Assembly: GCF_009914755.1 (NCBI RefSeq)
Contig: NC_060932.1
Direction: 5' to 3' (one strand)
Length of the DNA: 64,000 nt
From: the human T2T-CHM13v2.0 reference genome, Homo sapiens
In this document: piece by piece, positions 13,686 to 32,974 of the stretch
How the letters are laid out: each line of letters begins with the position of its first letter
Position numbering within the stretch: position 1 is the first letter of the stretch
Translations under genes and position numbers: made by a program
The notes under the pieces: generated by a model
Databases searched by the model: none
The model's input: only the letters and a program-made list of their open reading frames with translations
Told to the model about the DNA's origin: nothing

Positions 13686-14783
13686 CATTATGAAAGCACA
13701 ATAAATATTTGTTGAATGGATAAACTGACATGGTTCCCAAGGCCCTTTATGGTGAGGCCCATTCTTATCTCCTGCCAACACTAACACACACACACACACA
13801 CATCTGTCCACACTCCTAGGTCAACCCTGCTAGACCCTCAGATCACAGCTGCCATAGTCTCTTTGATCCCTCAAGTCTGAGTCAGGCTCCCATAAGCACT
13901 CCTCTCATTGCATTTATTACAGGATGATATGTTAGCTTCCTACAAGAATTTCAGATCAAGGAAAGCAGGAACTCATCTGTGCAGATTGCCTTGGGATGCA
14001 ATGGGCCATGAATTTTGACACATATTTTGACAGAGTCAGATGTTCTGACACCACTTGCACTCTTTGGCCAAGAATTCTTTAACACTATGCTGGTGACTTG
14101 ACTTTAGACCCCTCTTGGCTTCAGAATTCTGCTTTCATTTGCTTTCTCATCAATTGAGAAAAGCTTAGGCTAAACCCCACAGTAAATTACAAAATGCTAT
14201 ATGGCTAACAAATGCAAGCATGCTATATGAGGGTTTGATATGAAGAAATAGCTTGGGCAAGGGCTTCTTGCTTTTCAAGCAGGTGTTAAATGCACTAAAG
14301 AAATGTTCACCTTCCCATTACTCTACCACCTGCAACTTTTCTCCACAGCATGGGTAGCTGGTGGATGGTCATGAAGAAAGTGTTCATCTTATGAATCTTT
14401 CCTTCTGTTTAAAAGTCCATTTCCCTTTTGTAGAAAAATATACAAGGGAGCAAGATGCCATGAGAGTGTTAACAGCCAAAAGTAATGGGCCAGGTGAGCA
14501 TGGATAAGAAAGCAGGAAGTCCCTAACTGGACTCTCTGTTTTAGTGGTTTTCTGAACTTGAACCAGCTCTTTAAACTTAGATGCTCTGCGAAGCTCTGGG
14601 GGTAAAAAAAAAAAAAAAAAAAAAAGGCAAAATAGTTTTTGCTTTTGTGGAGCTCCTAGTCTGGTGGTAGAGACAGAAATGGAAGCAGAAAATGACATCT
14701 AGCTTGATACATCCTATAAGAAAGGAGATACAGTGCAGAGCAAGGGACCAGTGATGACATTGAATTTCACCTTAAAAGTCTGA

Positions 14784-15439
<656 letters not shown>

Positions 15440-15573
15440 TCAGGGTGGAGGGAGAGAGGTTGGGAAATTGAGATTGGCTGGGAGATCAGCTGGGGTTGTA
15501 CTGGGAAGGGCCTGGTGAGGCACTCTAAATAATTTGTCATGTATCTGGCAGGCTGTGGGGTATCTAACAGAAG

Positions 15574-15581
15574 TGTGTGTT

Positions 15582-15613
<32 letters not shown>

Positions 15614-15620
15614 CACACAC
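15574..15620. repeat. (TG)n(AG)n(CA)n compound microsatellite
   Basis: Directly visible. Confidence 0.9.
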
Positions 15621-15649
15621 ATGTGCATGTGCTTAACAGAGAAACACCA

Positions 15650-16740
<1,091 letters not shown>

Positions 16741-17028
16741 AAATGTACTACGTATATTTTATAAAGAAAAATAGATAATAGCATTAGTCATGAGGATGGT
16801 GTGAGATAGGAATAGGGTGAAGGAGACAAATGGGAAAGGAGAGCCATTTCTGGGTAGAAATGATAGGGTTGATGACTGAGTTAATGTGGTAGGTATGGGG
16901 AGAGGGGAGTCAAATATGAGTTTGAAAAATCTAGCTTGGGAGGCTGGCTAAGCAGTGATTTATGAACTAAGATCAGGAAAACCACAGAAGTAGCTTGGGA
17001 TGATGGGAGCTTGCAAATAATTATTACC

Positions 17029-17045
17029 TGTATGTGTGTATGTAT

Positions 17046-17090
<45 letters not shown>

Positions 17091-17100
17091 GTACATATAT
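17029..17100. repeat. (TG)n(TA)n microsatellite
   Basis: Directly visible. Confidence 0.9.
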
Positions 17101-17111
17101 CTGTTGTGTAA

Positions 17112-17981
<870 letters not shown>

Positions 17982-19351
17982 TGTATATGTATGTATGTAT
18001 GTGTGTGTATACATATATAAAAGATCTATCTATCTATCTATCTATCTAATATCTTTCCCATATGAAAAAGGATTTGAAGCAGTTTATAAAACACAGACAC
18101 ACTACAAAAGAATAAAATTCATTGAAGAAATTTCGTTGAAGGAAAAATTAGGAAAATGTAACAATAAATCCAGGGGTGAGATTACATCTGGCAATGTGTA
18201 TTATGCAGTCCTCTGCAGCTGCTAAAGGTAGGCTGTTAATTTGGCCCAAAGCCTCCTGCAGGCCAAAGCTAAGGTGGAAACACACCAGACTGCCAGAGTG
18301 ACTGTGCAAACAATCACCTCTCTTGGCCTCACCGGACAAATCAGCTGCCATTAGCATTAGTGTCTTCATTCTGCCATTTCTTGCCCTTTAACGACACTCA
18401 TGCTCCCCTTTGCCCTGTACCAGGAAGTACATCTGGGCATCCCCAGGGAGTGTCATATGAACCTATGAATAAAGCCAGGCCCCTGGGACACTGCCACTCT
18501 CTAGTCCAGACAATCCTGCCTGGCCACTGACTTGCCAGTGGGTAGATACCACTCCCAAGGATGGCTCAGGGGCATCTCTTCTGATAGATTGGACTCTGGG
18601 GGTACCAGGCCCTCCTGGCTTTCCTGCCAACTCTCTGGCTATGCCTCTTCAGTGCCCACGGGGAATCCTCCTCTTTCTGCCTTCTCTATGGGAGTGCTCT
18701 GGGGCTTATTCTTTGGCCCTCTTGTTTTCCCTCTCCACTTTTCCATCAATCAGAGGCTGCTTCTTAATAGGCCACATGTGTTCAAACCAGAAATGAGTCC
18801 CCATACCTTGTCTGTGGGGCTGGGAAGAGGACCAGGGACCACATATTCCCTTTCTTCCTCTTTCTGGGCTCTGGACATTTATGTAAGAAACACTTTCTTG
18901 AAAGTTTCATCCCCTCCCATGAAAATCATTCATGCACATTGGGGCTTGAGGGGTTGCCCTCCCACATGACTTCAGCCCAGGATCCATGGAATCTGCAGGC
19001 CTCATGGCATTTCATAGGGAGGTTCTGCTCCGGGGTGTTGGGGGTCAGAAGATTGGATTGTTTAAGCAACAAGGAGCTTCCCAGGGCAAACCTAAATGTG
19101 ATCATGGGAGAGCCTCCACCCTTGGAAGAGAGACAGGCAGCATATGTCAAGATGGTAGCCTGGGTACATAACTGTGGCAGTGGCAGTATCTCATCTCCAA
19201 GGGGGTGACTGTCCTCTGCACTGCACACCTGAAGGCAAGCCACTTAACTAATTAATTCATCTCAGCTGGTTCACCCTTCTCCTTAGAAATAGCATTCACA
19301 GGACAACCAAAGTCAGTGGCAACTGAGGAACAAAGAAGGAGGAGACAGCTC

Positions 19352-19553
19352 TTTTTTTTAAGAGACAGGATCTTGCTCTCTTGCCCAGGCCGGAGTGCAG
19401 TGGTGCAATCATAGCTCACTATAGCCTCAAACTCCTGGGCTGAAAAGATCTTCCTGCCTCAGCCCCCTGAGTACAGGAGTGCACCACCATGTCCAGCTAA
19501 TTAAAAAATATATATAGAGAGAGAGACAGGGTCTTGCTCTGTTGCCCAGGCTG
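19352..19553 (-). mobile_element. AluJ, 5'-truncated
   Basis: atcatagctcactatagcctcaaactcctgggct AluJ diagnostics. Confidence 0.9.
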
Positions 19554-19997
19554 AGAGACACAATCCTTACTGTGTCCCTACAACCTACAAGAAACTTTGC
19601 TAGTATGATTTTATTTAATTTTCACAATGATTTTGGGCTTGGAATTACTATCGCCCATTTTCCTGGCAAAGAAGAAACTAAGATGCAGAGAGGTTACACA
19701 CTTGCCTAAGGCCATGAAATTAGAAACTGATAGAACCAGAAGTGGCCCAAGTGGTCTGTCTCTAAGGGCCCTTGTGCTTGAAACAGGAATTCCTGGGCTC
19801 GCAACAGGAATTCTACCACTTCTGCCATGTTATACTGAATAGGACAAGTCACAGGCTGACCTGTTCAGAGTGGGTAAAACTATAGTTACAAGGCAAGGGG
19901 ACAGATACAGGGTGCTATTAATTGGGGTCATCAATGTAGTCACTCAAACCCAGAAAAAGAATCTATTTTACCATTGTGCTTTGTTACAGGAGCATAG

Positions 19998-20320
<323 letters not shown>

Positions 20321-20792
20321 CCGGCATAGTTTGTAATTTAATACACCTACTATGTGTCTACCAGTGTACCTGTGACCTTGCTCTTATTTTCAAAATTAAA
20401 AGGAGGAAGTGTCCTGAGGAAAAAATATACTCACCTCCATTGAGCCTCTCTCTGTTGCTTATACTTTTCTCCATTCTAGTCCTAGACTTTGGCAAAGAAG
20501 GATCCTGGCCAAGATGCTTTTCAGTCATGATGTGCATAAAGTGAATAGCCTGCAGCCCTAGGGAAGTGTGGAACTTCGGAGATTCCAAAATAAAAATAAA
20601 CGCACCAAAGCCACCGTAGTTCCTATTGACTAATGTCATTTTTAAATAAGCAATAATTTGAATAATTTGTCTACTGAAGGCTCTAAAATGGGCTTTCCTC
20701 TCAAAGCCAAGTGAGGATGCTCTAACATGCCTTCTACCAAAAAAAAATTTAAAGCACTAAAATATTTCTAGAAAGGTTTGATTGAGACCCTC

Positions 20793-21263
20793 TGTTACGG
20801 AATGAGTTGTATCCCCCCAAAACTGGAATACCCAGTTATTCGATGAACACATTGAACTTGGGGTTCAGCACTGGAGAAATGTCTGATGGGAGTTGCATCC
20901 CCCTAAAATTCATATGTTTAATCCTAACTTCTAGTACCTCAGAATGTGACGGTATTTTGAGATAAGGTCTTTTAAGAGGTAATCAAGTTAAATGAGGTTA
21001 TTAGGTAGATTGCAGTCCAGTACGACTGATGTTTTTATAAGAGGAAATTTGGACACAGACACAGCACAAAGGGAAGGCCACGTGAAGACACAAGGAGAAG
21101 GTGGCTGTCTACAAGCCAACGAGAGAGGCCTCAGAAGAAACTGGCCCTGCCAACACCTTGATCTTGGACTTCAAGCCTGCAGAATTGTGAGACAATAAAT
21201 GTCTTTTGTTTAAGCCACTGAGTCTGTGGTACTTTGTTATGACAGCCCTAGCAAACTAATACA
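20793..21263 (+). mobile_element. MaLR solo LTR MLT1B carrying a foreign insert near its 5' end
   Basis: TGTTACGG...CTAGCAAACTAATACA termini; 5-bp TSD ccctc; AATAAA near 21194. Confidence 0.85.
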
Positions 21264-22147
21264 CCCTCTAATGTACCCTCTAGCAAACTAATATACCCTC
21301 TAAAATATTGGTGAATCTGGATCCATTTTTGGCTAAAACAGCTCACTTTTAATGCATACAAATTTCCTTTTTGAAATTAAACAGCAGAGCTTCCTAATAT
21401 CCATAACAAAATTTCATTGTGTACCTACTTTTTGCCTTGTACTGTACTGAATGCTTTATGTGTATTTCCTCATTTTGCCTTCAAAAGAATCCTTCAAATA
21501 CTATTTTTTGCCTGTCTTTTTAGATGACGAAACCGAGGCTTATGTGACTAAGGAGTTAAGTGACATATCTTGAGTCTCCCAACTGGGCTTTGAAGTCAAA
21601 TGCATTTGAGGTCAAATTCTTGTTCTGAAAATTACTAACGCTGATACCTCTAGTATTTTACTAACTACTTAGTGCCCTATATCTGTAAATTCTCACAATA
21701 ATGCATAAGTTATTGTCACGGTTGAATAAATTATTGTCACATTGACTACTAAAATGTTTTAAGAAGCCTAGCACAATTTCTATTACCTATCAAGGGTCCA
21801 GTGAATGTTAGCCTTTGTATTTTATGACAACATAAGGCCCAGTTGCCTATAAGGATCTCTAATCCACTCAGTCTGTGTGTCAGGGTCAGAGGTCAAGGCT
21901 GTTTCCTGCATTACATTTTTTTCCAGTTCCTCATCCCATCTGCTCTTACATTTCCTCAAAGGATATGACCCTTACCCATGACCTCCCATTGTAGATGGGG
22001 AGGTCACAAAAGGTCTCATGCAGACTAAGGAAGCTCAATGTGCCAGACAAACCATTGCACACAAAAAAATCACAGACCACTGAGTACATCTTCTGAATGA
22101 ATGAATGAATGAATGAATCCACATGCTTGCTAAAAGCGTAGTGATTG

Positions 22148-22303
22148 GCTGGGTGCAGTGGCTCATGCCTGTCATCCCAGCATTTTGGGAGGCTGAGGCA
22201 AGAGGATCACTTGAACCCAGGAGTTTGAGGTTACAGTAGCCATGATTGCAACACTGAACTCCAGCCTGGATGACAGAGTGACCCCCTCCCCCCTCCAAAA
22301 AAA
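22148..22303 (+). mobile_element. Alu monomer (FRAM-like)
   Basis: Single right-arm-type monomer; TSD aaaag(cg)tagtgatt. Confidence 0.85.
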
Positions 22304-22576
22304 GTAGTGATTTGAAGAATGAGGACTTTTCAGTGTTGTATTTGGAGAATGTTGCTTTCATTGGATCAGGTTTTATTGAGTTTGGTTATGAGGATGGCAT
22401 TGTGATGGGCACGTTAGGGGAGGTAAGATCTGCAGATGCCCGGCACCAAACTGAATGTGCTACGTGTCTTTAAAAGGGTAACACATGCTGAGAGATTGAA
22501 GCATGGAGAAGTAATTCTGGTTTTGGAAAAGTACAAAGCTTCTGTAGAGAGGATGGCATTGGGGTAGGTCTTGAAG

Positions 22577-22628
22577 GAAGAGAGGAGAGGGAGAGGAGAG
22601 AGAGGAGAGGGAGAGGAGAGAAAGGAGA
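22577..22628. repeat. (GAGAG)n purine repeat
   Basis: Directly visible. Confidence 0.85.
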
Positions 22629-23334
22629 TGCTTTTTCACTGAGGCATACTCTACTGTCAGTATACAGTCTTGATAGTATGTTAAGGTCTACAGTGAACTG
22701 GCAGCATAGAAGAGCTGAATTCCAAGTATTTGTAAGGAAATAGTTTGTAACTTACTTCTAATTAATGTGCTCTAAACTTGGCAGAAAGAGGCTGTCCTAG
22801 GGACACTTATTTGAAGGATAAATTATTCTTCTGTTCTTTTGCTGTTTTAAGGTCTTCCCTGGAATCGACCTTTGTGGATCCAGAGTGAGACCCCTGCATC
22901 ATGTTTCAGGGCCCCTAGTTCAACTGTTGTTATGAAAGGTGCTTTGGGATGACAGCCAGGACATCCCATCATGTGGACGCCATCAGGATGCTTTCCCGGG
23001 GGAGAGTATCCCAGCCTGCTTAGTAAGGTCCTCTAGGCCTCTCTGGACCAATGGTTGCTATTTTCCTAAGGAAGTCTCATCTGGAGAAACCACCAGCTTT
23101 TCCCCCCAGGACTGGTTTCTAGAAAGCTCAGAGTCAAATTGGTGGCTCTCTGCTAACAAGCATACATACCATGATGGTACACAGTTTTGAAGTCTCATTC
23201 CTGGCCCATTTGAAACCTCGATCTCTGTTTTTATTTTGTCTTAAGCTCCTCTCTTTGATTTGTGCCTTCTTGTCCCAGCTTTCGTATCCTTGTAAGCTAA
23301 TACTGGACTTGTCTGGAAGCAGATGTAGCTGAGC

Positions 23335-23705
23335 CACCTTGTCCTTTCATTGCCTTCAAGCCTGCAGATCTTTGCACATGAGGCTTCTTTTGCCTGGAAA
23401 GCACTTTCTTTCCTTTCCCCTTTCCCCTTTTGACTTTTCCACTCTTTCCCTTCTTTCTCAGTTTAGCAATCCCTTTCTCTAGTGAATTAGAGGCTCCTTC
23501 ACGTGTCCCTTTACCATAGATCTCTCTCCTGACTACACACTCTTATTTCCTGTAGAATGGACTATTTTGTTTACTTGTCTGTATCCCTGCTAGTTCCTAC
23601 ACTTTGGAGGATTGAGTCTATATCCGTCTTCTTCAAAGTCACCTCTTTAGGACCTAGCAGTTTGCCTGGCACATATAAGACACGCAACAAACTTTTGTTA
23701 TCTGT
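23335..23705 (+). mobile_element. L2 3' region
   Basis: ctttgcacatg...tgcctggaaagcacttt...tttgtttacttgtctg...gacctagcagtttgcctggcacatataagacacgcaacaaac. Confidence 0.6.
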
Positions 23706-25944
23706 ATGAGAGAAGTTATTTTTAGGATCCTCGGTTTTCTGATATGTCTAAAAGACACTAGTTATTATGCAGGATTGTTGGGAGGCTCAAAGGGAATGAT
23801 TCATATAAAGTTCCTAGTATAGAGCCTGCCATATATTAAGGCGTCCCTTCAACCCCACTCCTTGCAAGTGATTAATTTCTGAGCACATAATTCACTCTCA
23901 AGAAAATTCCTCTTAGAATCAGTGCACAGTTTGTCTCTAGGAAGAAAAGATACAAATATAGGGAAAGCCAGAGGCATAGCAAGTACAGTGATTAAGGAGG
24001 GCTTCTTGCAGAGGTGGAGTGCAGTGGAAACATTTAAAGGAATTAAGAGTTTGGAAAATAGCCTTGGAGAGGGATGATGGAAGGTGAGCTGGTGGGAAGA
24101 GACCAGTCCTGGGGCCAGCAAGCAGCCCCCAACTCCATCTTTCCAGGCCACTACTCTGATTTTCATGAGGCAGCCATTAGAGGACTTCTCAGCCTCCTGG
24201 AAGTTTGGCTAAATGTGTACAATATTCAGGAATACCCACTTATTCAACAAACACATTAAACTTCGGGTTCAGCATTGGAGAAATGTCTGATGGGCATTTC
24301 CTGGAGGCCATGAGTTCCTCTGTGCATCTTTTTCATCTTGTGGTTCCAAAACTAAGATATTTCTCTGCTCCAGTGCCTGTTGAATGCAATTCTCTAAACC
24401 ACGTCTCTCCGGGCCTTCCTTTTGGCCAATAACATGGTATATTGTGTCTAAAATCATCTTCTCTCCCCTGTGGTTCTAAAAGCAACAGAGTTTTGGGAAG
24501 CACAGAGGTCATCTGCACCCACATCTCTGAAATTGCTACATGGTGGACAGGAGAAATGGTACCTCTTTAACCATAGGAACTGTCGTTTCTTCCCCACATG
24601 TGGATTGAGCCCCACGGAGTGCAATGCACTGAGAATAGAGGTCTCTGAGGATGGGTGACTTGACCCTTTACCCCTCAGCCAGCAGGAGATCTGAAGTAGC
24701 TGTTCTAAGAGGTGGTCTTATCCCCTTTAATTCCTTCATATTCTCTTTTGATTCTCTGCCCCAATTCATCCCAAACAGATGAGTCAAGTACACCCCATGT
24801 ACTAGCTTTGCAACAGCAGCTTGAAGCACTTCAGCCTCCTGACAGCCACTGTGAAGTCCCTCCTACAGGGACACTCTGGAGCTGCTGCTTTAGGATCTGG
24901 GAAGAGAAAGCAAGTAAAGCCAGTCTCAGAAGAGGACTGAGGAGGTCTCTACTCCTTTCTGGGACTCACTCTTTTATACACCATCAGAAGCCAGAATAAG
25001 GCATGAAGGGATTAAACACCCCATTCTACCACCATCTTTGCTTTTCTGTCTCATTTGAATAAGATGGAGATCTACATGTTTAAATAGGCTTGTATATAAT
25101 GCTAGTCCAACTCAAAAACATACTATTTCAATATAGTCCTAGTTCAGGGCTATGGACAGCAAGGCCATAATAAATGCGTGTTGTTGGCTTGATTGTGAGT
25201 TCTTGCTTCCTTGAAACCAAATGTGAAGAGAACTGGAATCTGTGGGGTTTTCTTATTTTTGCATGGAGTAGAGACCCTCTGAGCAGCAAATCTTAAAAGA
25301 AGGAAAAATCTCTTCTATGGCCAATGTGAACCAGAAAAGAATGTCAAGAGGCTGTTTTTCCAGCCCTAAGAGTGTCTGAGATTTAAGTTTTCCATAATGA
25401 AAATGGAGAATATGCAGACACCAAAAAAATTACACCACGGAATCACTGCCCTGGATCAGCAGAGAAAACATAATACAGGCTGGAAAACTCCTACTCCATT
25501 TATTGAAACAACAGTTCGTTAGGACACTATAGAATTTCACTAATAACTAGCTGAATGTATGTTTAAGCCCAGTAATAAAGGCTACCAAACGAAGGGCTAT
25601 TTACACGTAATTACACCTCCAGCATGTAGGTTGTCACAGAGGGAGGCCTTAATTATCAATGTGCTATGCCCCTGCTTTACATATAACAAGTGGCCTTAAT
25701 GTGGCTATTCATGTTATAGTTTAAACATCTTGGTAATTAGGAAGTGGAAAATGGGTAGCGTAGAGGGAGTTGTCAGTTTCCTGCTGGTGTGGCCACCTGC
25801 ACTCTATACCTCTGGGAGCTGAGAGGCCGAGGGAGGCAGGACCAGCTTTGGGCCAGAAGACAGCACGGCATGGACAGCATGGATTTCTCAGGTATATGAT
25901 GAAGGCTCCAGAACATGTGGGTGAGGACAGAGCCACTCACAGAA

Positions 25945-26065
25945 TCACACTCATTAACTTAACAAATCTTTGTTGAGTACTTACTATGTGCCAAGCACTG
26001 GTCTATGTATGTGAGATTTCAGTAAACAAAACAGACTAAGATCTCTGCTTCTGCGTAGCTTATAT
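25945..26065 (-). mobile_element. L2 3' end
   Basis: aacaaatctttgttgagtacttactatgtgccaagcactg...cagtaaacaaaacagactaagatctctgc. Confidence 0.65.
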
Positions 26066-26405
26066 TTGACGGCAGTTCAGTTATTAAATTTGATGAGTTG
26101 ATAACTGGCTCAGGGGCGGTCACCACTAATGGGCCTGTCCTGTGCCCTGACCCATCCAGTGCTTCTTTGAACAACTCAGAAGAAGACTGACTGTTGTTTG
26201 GGGATTTGTTGATTAAAGTTGCAGAAAGCAGTAGTGCGTACCTGGTGCAGTTTTCTTACTTGATTTCTCATCCTTACCACAGTCTTGCAAGGCAGATATT
26301 ATCATCACTTATGTTTGAGAGCTCAGGAGACTGAAGGACGTACCCAGGTTTTGCATCCAAGTTGGATTCTCTCTCTCTGAAGATGCAAGGCTAAAGATGG
26401 CATAA

Positions 26406-28600
<2,195 letters not shown>

Positions 28601-31274
28601 TCCACAGGGGTATATCCCTCCTGTGGATTTTTTGCTCAATTCACTCTGCCAGAGTAACTCTCAATTTGCAGAAGAATAAACCAGGCATTGAGGATGTGAC
28701 CATTGTCTTCAGCTCTTTGGAAGACTATCATATGCAAGAGAGAGTAGATGTAACCCACAAGGCTTTAAGAATGAGCTAAAGACCAGTGAGTAAATGGAAC
28801 AGGCGAACTTACTAATATTTGGGAATGTCTGTCAATGAGTTGCCTTGCCTAGGAAGACAGTGAATTCTCTGATTTTTGAACTATTGATTGAACACAAATC
28901 AGGAATGTCCCAGTAGGGCCTCAGACACTATCTTGGAGATTGGATTAAATGAATTCTTTAGAAGACTGAGGGATATAAGTTGTTCTGTGTTAGAAACATC
29001 GCAGCAGAGACAGGGCATGATGAAGAATCATCCACGACTTCAATTCTACCTTTTCAAGTCACCTTCTAAGTATATAATTTCAAGGATATTGGGATGCCTC
29101 ATGGTACCTCTCCTTTAATAATTATTCTCCTATATTGGTGGCTTAGAACCCCCAATGAGAGACTAATTCTTTTAATTTAAGCCTTTGATCCTTGTTAAAG
29201 TGTAATACCCCGGGAAAGGGGAGAGCCAAAGCTCTTTCCAGTGATTTATAATTTACCAAGAGCACGTTTAAGGTCATATTCTGTGAGGATGATTTGACAA
29301 GAGAGGGTAGGGCAATGCGTATGTGAGAAGGGGGAGGAAGAAATGGTCCAGAAGGAGAGAGAGAATGGCACAAAGTAGGGAAAAATACATGAAGATCTGG
29401 GGAACCGATGCTTCTGGTGCCAGCCCTAGCAGAGGCTGATTTCTTCAGCTTCATGCAATCGGTTATGAAACCACCGTTCTCAGTTCTCAGAACAAACTGG
29501 CAGAGAGCTGGTGTCCACTTCCGTGACCTTTCCTGCACTTGAGAAGTGCAACTACAGGCTCAGCTCAGAGAATACCACAGAGCCCTCTTCCCTGTTTGGA
29601 ACAGCAGGTGGGGGAGTCACCCTCCCTCATTTATTTCCGTCACTACACTGTTAGAACAGGGATGACAGGGGCCTAACTCACTTCCCGAGAAGTCGTGGCA
29701 TCCTCTGTATAAACAAAGGAAAAATTTCTACTGTAAATCACCCAAACAAGTGATATCCCAGAGGAAGAAAGAAAACAGTGAGGGAGGAAGATGCCATCCA
29801 AGGGGAAAACATGTCAGGTTGTGCACATTAGATCTGGTCATTCGCAAGTGACCTCTCTGGGAAGGCAAAGGATAGCAGAGATTGAAAAGGAGGCTATAAA
29901 ATTGAGAGCCTAAGCAAAGCACTTGACAGAGGGAAGAACATGTAACCAGTGGACTCCTTGTTCTCCCAGCACTGCCCTCACAGCCCAAAGAATTTCTGAA
30001 CAAAGAGAACAAGATTCAAGTTTAAAACCAAGACCTCTGCTTCCATTTCTGTGTTTTCCTTCCCTCCCATAGCCCAGAGTGTGCCCCAGCAAACCAGCTG
30101 TCAGGAAAGCATTTGATGTCAGTCATTTGCATCTTAATGCGATGGAAAGGTGAGGAGCTGCCTCTACCGGCATATTTCAATTTTAAGACTGATTTGTTAG
30201 AGTGAAGGACTCCTTGAAGATAATTCAAGCTTGGGAGGTGTGATCGGACACATTCTGGGGAGGGGAGTTGGCAGGGTAGGGAGGTCACCAGGTAGTCACC
30301 ACTTCCATTTTCATACAAAGGTACCTGTGATGCTTGGAGTCAAGTACTGGGTTCCATCTTGGGAAGCCAGAGCGTCGGATCTTCGGTCACTCCTGGTGAG
30401 CACAAGCAAGTGAGAGCTCAGGCTCTGGTGCAGGGTGAGTGGAAGCGCCACTCCCTTTATTTCAAACCTTCTTCTGGCCTGTGGGGGAGCCAGCTCCCTG
30501 GGGCATCCCATTACAACAACAGCTGACCACAAGGAGCGCCAGTGTGCAGGCGCTTCTTCCCAGCTGCAGGCATTTTAGTTGTGTTGTAAATAGACAACCA
30601 TGAGACCAAATGGAAACTTTGTATAGTCTTAGTATTCCAGATCCATGGAGATCTGAGGATAAAAAGTCCCAAGTAATAGCATATCCTATTTATTTTCACC
30701 AACTTATATAAAACTGAACCCTGACTCTGTTATGCATTGCCCACAAGCAGCTTTATAGGATCACAGATACATCAGCAGTCCCTACGGCCCTATAAGGCTA
30801 TTTTCCTAGCATTACACATCCTCCAAGTCATAGATGTCAAAGTGGTGTTCTAGTGGAGATTGAATATCATTCCATTGTTAGAAGATGGGAAGTAAATTCA
30901 ATATACAAGATCAAATGGAGACTTTTCAGTTTTCTCTTACTCTTTTTTTCTGTTTGTTTTTGCAGTTAGTGAACCAGCAGATCTTGTTATGAGGAGCGGT
31001 TAAACTTTCACAAGCTCAGTTACAATGTGATGCTCAACAAATTCATTTTAAAGGGACCACTTGATAGAATTAGGGAAAAGAACCATTGGCTCTACAGATT
31101 GATTTAGCATAGATCTTGTCCAAAGAAAGGAGAAGTCTTAAAGTTCAATATGAATAAAATTTAAATGTGACTCAGAAGAAAGAGCATTTTCTTGTATGGA
31201 TTTGAGCTGTGTGAAACCAGCAGCAATAAACGGGACTTACATTATTATTCATGACCAATGAACAAGAAAGTCTG

Positions 31275-31700
<426 letters not shown>

Positions 31701-32544
31701 TTAATTTTATGACATCTGGGACAGGACAATTTGAAATCTCCATATTTCTAAGTTAACATCACGTAATATGGGAAATGCTTATCTTAAAAAGATTTGCCTG
31801 CAACGAGGCAGCAAGGAATAATGCCCCGAAGTCACAGCTGCCAGGCTGGGTCAAGACTGGGAGATGGGGATTTGCCTTTCAGTCTGGCAGAAGGACAATG
31901 GAAAATGACTGCAGATGATTTGTGCTGCCAGTGTCTTCGAGAATGAGAAAGGATGGAGGGAAAAACATGACCCTGGGCAGGGCTGGTGGTGTGAGGAAAT
32001 GATGATTCAGTGCGTCGCTTTGACCCATGTGGTGCTTTGTTCAAAACTGTGCTGGGCAATTCCTTCAGTATCAGGAAGAGAAACAACTCTTGTCAATAAA
32101 TTACAGCGGATGTGGGAAATCACTCCCAGGGTGAGGTCTGGAGCTGAATGACTCCCTCGAGGTCAGTACCCACAAAAGCAGCTGCCAAAATTTACATTTT
32201 CCCATTTGCCCTCTGGTTCACAGTGGATATAAATCCACATAATGCAGCCATAGAGCCCCCTGCTCTGCCTGTCTACTGGCCGCGCACCCGGATCAAGGCT
32301 GGGGGAGGAAAGCCTTGGCCCTGGAGGCACTAGACGTACCTGGTAAGTACTGAGTCCAGCTTCATCACAACCATGTCACCCTTGACATCTTTTCCACATT
32401 TCCAGAATCCCCTAGAAAATCTCAGTCCCATCACTATAAATAATTTTAAATTCATTTATAAATTAGATTGCAAAAGATATTTAAATATATAGGTACTTTT
32501 TAATTATACAAATAATATTTGCACATTGTAAAAATGTCCAGAGT

Positions 32545-32932
<388 letters not shown>

Positions 32933-32974
32933 CTAGTAATTTGATGTGTATTCTTTCAAACATTTTTACTGTGC

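Noticed and set aside
28601-28627. Small hairpin tccacagg...cctgtgga
   Set aside because: An 8-bp stem is too short for a pre-miRNA and is expected by chance.
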